A stretch of DNA of 55,444 nucleotides from Phoronis australis (Eukaryota; Animalia; Phoronida), in assembly GCA_002633005.1 (NCBI GenBank), contig NMRA01000004.1:2351426-2406869 (forward strand). The letters are read 5' to 3'. Numbering within the stretch: position 1 is the stretch's first letter; each line of letters opens with the position of its first letter. Under the pieces are notes generated by a model that was given only the letters and a program-made list of their open reading frames with translations, was not told where the DNA came from and searched no databases. Position numbers and translations under genes: made by a program. This document shows, one piece after another, positions 49,829 through 55,444 of this stretch.

Positions 49829-50524
49829 CACAGGCGTCCTCAGCTTCTGATCGTCCCCTATACACTACATATAATACTACAAGGTATGACACTCCCGACT
49901 AGAAATTCCACGGGTGCTTCACTTCAGCCGTCTACATAAAACTCAATAAATTTACACAAAACAGGGGTTCAACAAACCATGAAGAATTGTTCTTTCTCCC
50001 AATACCATTCACGGTGTCCAGTTACGGCGACTTTGTAAGAAATTCGCAGTCAAAGAACAAAAATGTTCACAAAAAGCCCCCACACACTTTCTCCCTGGGC
50101 CCGTCGAGGTCAAGGACGGTACAGAAATTGCCGGTGAGTTACGGAAGTACTCAATAGCTTTTCTACTGGCGGCTAAGTGTAGTTATCGACATCGTGACTT
50201 TACGTGACAAACCGGCAATTCCCGTACCGTCCTTGACCTCGACGGGCCCAGGGAGAAAGTGTGTGGGGGCTTTTTGTGAGCATTTTTGTTCTTTGACTGC
50301 GAATTTCTTACGAAGTCGCCGTAACTGGACACCGTGAATGGTATTGGGAGAAAGAACAATTCTTCATGGTTTGTTGAACCCCTGTTTTGTGTAAATTTAT
50401 TGAGTTTTGTGTTTGCTATGGACGGCTGAAGTGAAGCACCCGTGGAATTTCTAGTCGGGAGTGTCATGCCTTGTAGTATTATATGTAGTGTATTGGGGAC
50501 GATCAGAAGCTGAGGACGCCTGTG
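49829..50524. mobile_element. 696-bp fold-back element, ~307-bp TIRs, 8-bp TSD GCTGGCAA (P- or hAT-superfamily non-autonomous)
   Basis: Arms 49829-50135 and 50211-50524; TSD at 49821-49828 and 50525-50532; CA...TG ends. Confidence 0.95.
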
Positions 50525-51139
50525 GCTGGCAACAGACACTGCCGTCGCACAGACGGCGTATACAGGGTTCCTGAATGAATTGTACTTCCGGGTTCGCGGT
50601 AAGTTCAAAATGGCATTGTGTTCTTTCGAGTCCGAATCGTGAGTGGCGCGTTTATTTAAACCTTATTCGATTACGGATTGTGTTAGTTATGGGGTAGGTA
50701 CTTCTTGGATCCTTATAACACCCCTCTAACCATGTACAAAGGGCTAACAACGTGTGCTTTTTGGACTTTAGTAAAACACATTTCCCATCTGCAGTACTAA
50801 AATTGGTCAGTGATTAAAATTTTACAGCCGTAAGTCAATTCACTTGAAAACAGATAATTCTAGGTGGCACATCAGTCATGCTAGTAAAAATTGAAAGCCT
50901 TAATTTGCTATTTTAATATTAAAATATTTAATTTCAGATGGTGAACTGTAATACTCCTCTGAAAAAGGCAAGGTCAAAGACATGCGTATTATGTGGCAAA
51001 CTGTTATACTCTGACTCTCACGCACACAAAGTTAAATTGGCTGCTTTAAAGTAGAGGTACTTGGAATTTTTTGCACTCGTTTACATTCAATTCAACAATG
51101 ATTTACTGGCCACATGGCCTGTGTTTATCTGCAGCTGAT

Positions 51140-52676
51140 GCATTTCGTTTTGTTTAAAACTCACGTAGCTGCAGAAATCAGCAAGAATGGAGGTCAACAA
51201 TTTCATTGCTCAGTCTGAAGATCGACAGAAACATGTATTAAGAGGATCCCAATCCAACCCATTCCTCTCAAACATGTCTAAAGATTCAACTAAGCAAATT
51301 GATCGGAAACTGTTGTTTAAAATCAGTGCATCTTTGGATGATCTTTGGAAGACTTCAGTCAAAAGTGTGCTTAGACTTCCCATGAGGAACCTGGACGACA
51401 AGCCGCTTCTTTGGAAAATTGTGAAAGAAGAGGAAAATCGTCCACATGGGCTACCACTTCTGTTACTATGTGTCATTCTCTACATATTGATATGACTAAG
51501 AATGACTTCACTGTAGCCATAATGTATGGGATACATGCAGATGTTTGCCAAAAACTCAACTCTGTGCTGTACAGAGGCTATTGACTGCTACGTGCATTCC
51601 TCGTCATCCTCGCAATGGTGTAAGTTTAAGCATTTTTCATTGCAAGAGATTGATCACATTTATAGCTTATAATTGTTTTTAACATATAATTTTAAGCAAA
51701 GGTGACAAAGTTGATGATAGTAATTAGATCAGTGACATATTACGTTAAAAAATCTCCAGATTGAGACAGCCTCCTAAATTCAGAACACTCAAATCATTGC
51801 TGAAATTTAATTTTTCATCCTGAAATTTGAGGCACGAGTGATTTTTATATTTTCGTGCTTTTCAAATTCCTAACGCTGTGTTGTAGCATAACAGCCTTAA
51901 CGGATTGCAAGAATACTATTGTAAGTTCACAAAAAGTGACTCTCATGACAAAAATTTAAAAAAATGTTACCGTTCCCCTTGAATTTCTGACGGACAATTG
52001 TATGAATTTCTAAAAATTGGGACAAGCTCCGACTTTCAATTGATCAAAATGGTTATTCACTGGCCTAAACTTTTTGCGTACTGTAATCAATTTTTGAAAT
52101 TTAGTGTGTAGTTAACCTGGTTTAAGAAAAGAGGTTTCAAAAATGATTACAATTTATTGTTTAGTTTTTGATCTTAAGTGATGGCGTGGTAGTTTACACC
52201 AGCTTTACTTTATATCGGTAAAAATGTCAGTGACGAAAGGTATAAGTCATGAGTGACAACAGATATCAATAGTCCATTTCAGTTAATGGCTCTGGAGCAG
52301 ATGATAATAGTGGCAGTACCCGTGTGGTAACTGTGGTTAAAGATATAATGCTTTAGATTTAAAAATCTTGAGGGACTCTCTAATATGTAAGCTACCAGTG
52401 TTTTTTCTCACAAGAAGTGATATGTGTGTGTTGTCAAAATCAGTTGCGTACTGAGTTAGCCACTGAATGATCTCAGTGCTTAGTATGCTTAAGGGGGTTT
52501 TGATCAAAGAATAATATTTTAATTGGTTAGACTGATACATACCAAGGGAACTTGTGCCATGTGATAAAATTTTGTTGTTTACATGTGTTTTGGAAAAGAT
52601 AAGTGGTGTAACGAGATCATGAAATGTTACAATTGTGTCTTTAGCATCTAACGTCAATGTATAATACAGGATTACT
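51140..52676 (+). repeat. ~1.5-kb repeat, inverted copy of 38241-39779
   Basis: See 38241-39779; includes a decayed reading frame at ~51187-51590. Confidence 0.9.
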
Positions 52677-52829
52677 ATTACAGACCGGGATCCCAGAGCT
52701 TTTTTGGGCATGAAAAGGTAACCAATTTTCTTTGGTGCCACAGTGCTCTATGGGTATCCTGATGCTTGGAAATGGCCGTCTGGCAGGTTCGCTCTGGTGG
52801 GTGTGGTCAGGGGAGCCAAGAGAATTACA

Positions 52830-53520
52830 CTAAAAAATTGAGCTAGATCAACTTTTCTGGTAACCACTTAAAACTGCCTTCAATACCTGCTACGTCATCC
52901 ATTGTATCAAAATTGGTCACTGCCAGACAATTTCAGTGGTGGGGAGTACCCGCCAGACGAACATATACAGGGTACAAAAATTGAGCTAGATCAATCCAAG
53001 AGGTAACCGCTTGAAACCAGTCGCAAAATATTCACCGTAAGCCCAGGTATCACGAATGAACACTGCCAGACAAATCTAGTGGTGGGTTAGCCCCGCCAGA
53101 CACGCCCAAACACCCGAGTTGAGGTAGATCAACCCACCAGGTAACCGTTTGAAACCAATTGCACGATGTTCAGCATCACTGTACATGGCACAACAGTTAG
53201 ATGTTAGACAGTTTCAGTGGTGGGATGCCCCTGCCAGACAATTATCAGAAAGGGTTAAAATTGAGCTAGATCAACCCAAGAGGTAACCGCTTAAAACCTT
53301 AAAAAAAACTTAAAACCCAAAATATTCACCGTAAGCCCAGGTATCACGAATAAACACTGGCAGACAAATCTAGTGGTGGGTTAGCCCCGCCAGGCACGCC
53401 CAAGTACCTGAGATGAGCTAGATCAACCCACCATGTAACCGTTTGAAACCATTTGCATAATGTTGAGCAACATTCTGCATTCAACAAAAGGTACTTTACA
53501 GACATTTTTAGCGGTGGGGC
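52830..53520. repeat. ~140-bp tandem repeat, 5 units
   Basis: GAGCTAGATCAA...GGTAACC...CCAGACAA...AGTGGTGGG anchors at 52840, 52983, 53121, 53263 and 53414. Confidence 0.85.
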
Positions 53521-54315
53521 AGTAGCATGCAGAGGTTTGGTCGGTGCAGGGGCTATTTTTTATTAGACGCCACTGTCTCTCTACTCAAATGCATTTATCC
53601 TACTTAGGCCCGTAGCCAGCACAGAGCGGGGGGGAGTGGTTCGAATTTCAAGACGGTGGGCCCTGGTATTTTGCTAATGTCGACTCTGTGGAATTTTCGG
53701 TAAGGCCTTTGACGCAGCTTAATTAGGGGGAATGGAAATCTGTATACACAACGATGACTCATGTTCATGAGATGAGACGGAATCTGTAATACTAGAAACT
53801 AGGATGCTGTGACGGTTGCTCGCAAAGAACGGGACACAAATTAGGATGTAATGTGGTCCGAAAAGAGAACATTCTCGCATTATTTCCTGCCAAAGTTTTA
53901 AATCAGCCATGCTTAAATGAGTGATTATACCTCATTGCATACTCAGGCGGAAATATGAAGTGTAGTCGGCGAACGACTTAACAAAATTGTTTATCTGGTT
54001 TTATTTTAGCGTGTTACTTAAGTTGTTTACATCGCTGGAAATGGGAACATCCAACTATTTCAATAGTTTACTAATCAGAAGATTCACTATTCCGAAGGTT
54101 CACTACTTCGACGATTCACCACTCCGAAGATTCCCCGCTCCAAAAATATCTTAACTTTGAAACTCTGATGTGATTTTTAAACGTTTACCTGCTAAAATAA
54201 ACGATATTTCGGTTATTAGATGCACCTATACCGAAAACAACGCCCGGGCACTAAAACACTTTGTTTGGATTTTATGTAGACAATGACCACCGTCTCCAGG
54301 TGGCTAGCACAACTA

Positions 54316-55260
54316 GGGGTCTATATTGGGTCCGTTATTTTTCATCATTTATGTGAATGATTTTGTGAAGTGCACAAGTTTCTTTGACTGCATACTTTAT
54401 GCTGATGATACTACTATTATTAATGGTATTCATAGGACATTGTCTGTAAATGAGTCACATATGTTTTGTGCGGAGCTGGAAAAAATTCAGTCTTGGTTAA
54501 ATGTAAATGGACTGGTTTTAAATGCAACTAAAACAAACATTTATGGTTTTTCAGAAGCCCCAAAATGTATTGGTGATTTTTATTTAAAATTTAATAACTT
54601 GGAAATTGAAAGAGTTTGTTCTTTCAATTTGCTTGGTATTACCATCAACGAAAACTTGTTATGGAGTCCACACATAAACAATTTGTTTAGAAATATAAGC
54701 AGATTCTGTGGTGTTCTTAATGACCTAAAATATTTCTTTCCCTTTGAAACTTTGAAAACTATATATAATGGTCTTGTCCTTCCTCATTTTAATTATGGCA
54801 TTCTGCTATGGGGGTGTGAACATCGTAGAATATTTAAATTACAGAGAAATTATTCGCAATATTACCTCTAGTTATTTTAATGCCCGTACAGAACCTTTAT
54901 TTAAGACTACACAGATTCTCAAAATTAAGGACTTGTATGTTGTTGCTATTATTAAATTTTCTACAAATATGTTCATAATTACTTACTTCATTTTTCAACA
55001 CGTTCAATTTAATTACCCGTGGTTCTGTTCACTAGACAACAACATCTTCTACAAACTCCCCGTTCTACTAAATCATTTGCTGAAGATTCAGTTCTCAATG
55101 CCCTACCTCATATAATTAATAACCTTCCTGAAAGTGTCTCCCAAAAACTGTTTACCCATTCGTTATCCTCTGTTATAAATTATTTTTTAAAATGTTTGTT
55201 TTGAAAGTTATGAACTTGAGTGCGCTATTCCCAACTGCTTTGTGTGTAACTATCTTAGAT
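54316..55260 (+). mobile_element. 5'-truncated CR1/L2-group LINE (RT C-terminal half), frameshifted
   Basis: GSILGPLFFIIYVND, ILYADDT, LNATKT, LLGITI, YGILLWG, ARTEPLFK and terminal CAIPNCFVCN. Confidence 0.9.
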
Positions 55261-55337
55261 AATCACTCCTAGTCTTTTCACAAGTAGTTTTAAATTACAT
55301 AATGACTTAATTTTTATAATTCCGATTATCTGTAACA

Positions 55338-55412
55338 CTACTACTACTGCTGCTGCTGCTACTGCTACTGCTACTACTACTGCTACTACTACTACTACTA
55401 CTACTGCTACTG

Positions 55413-55444
<32 letters not shown>
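55338..55444. repeat. (CTA/CTG)n microsatellite running off the window
   Basis: Direct reading. Confidence 0.98.

Noticed and set aside
49326-50608. ORFs of 138, 109 and 141 aa
   Set aside because: They run across MITE boundaries and palindromic arms and show no protein motifs.

Overview
This is eukaryotic, repeat-rich DNA from a scaffolded assembly (351-N gap at 12387-12737, single N at 15198). The mix of transposable elements suggests an animal, probably a marine invertebrate, but that is inference. The only intact long genes are three near-identical, intronless, minus-strand 436-aa ORFs (18745-20055, 30194-31504, 43694-45004). They encode an uncharacterised P-loop sulfotransferase-like protein with an N-terminal hydrophobic segment. 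Copies A and B lie in a tandem block (16816-27543 vs 28346-37060), which is either a segmental duplication or two uncollapsed haplotypes. That block also holds a decayed P-element/THAP9-type transposase facing a spliced C2H2-zinc-finger gene that carries the motifs normally found at the end of P transposases. Each block has private insertions. Block A has a fold-back element and an RTE-X-like LINE. Block B has a dimeric hairpin element with a tRNA-like Pol III head, whose joined ends almost exactly match the complement of an internal sequence. Copy C has substitutions in the predicted PAPS-binding loop and a different upstream region. The rest is a Gypsy gag relic, a pogo-like relic, a CR1/L2 RT fragment, a 2A-like peptide relic, many MITEs, and mini/microsatellites. 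I found no CRISPR array, rRNA or convincing tRNA gene. All identities and counts were made by eye.
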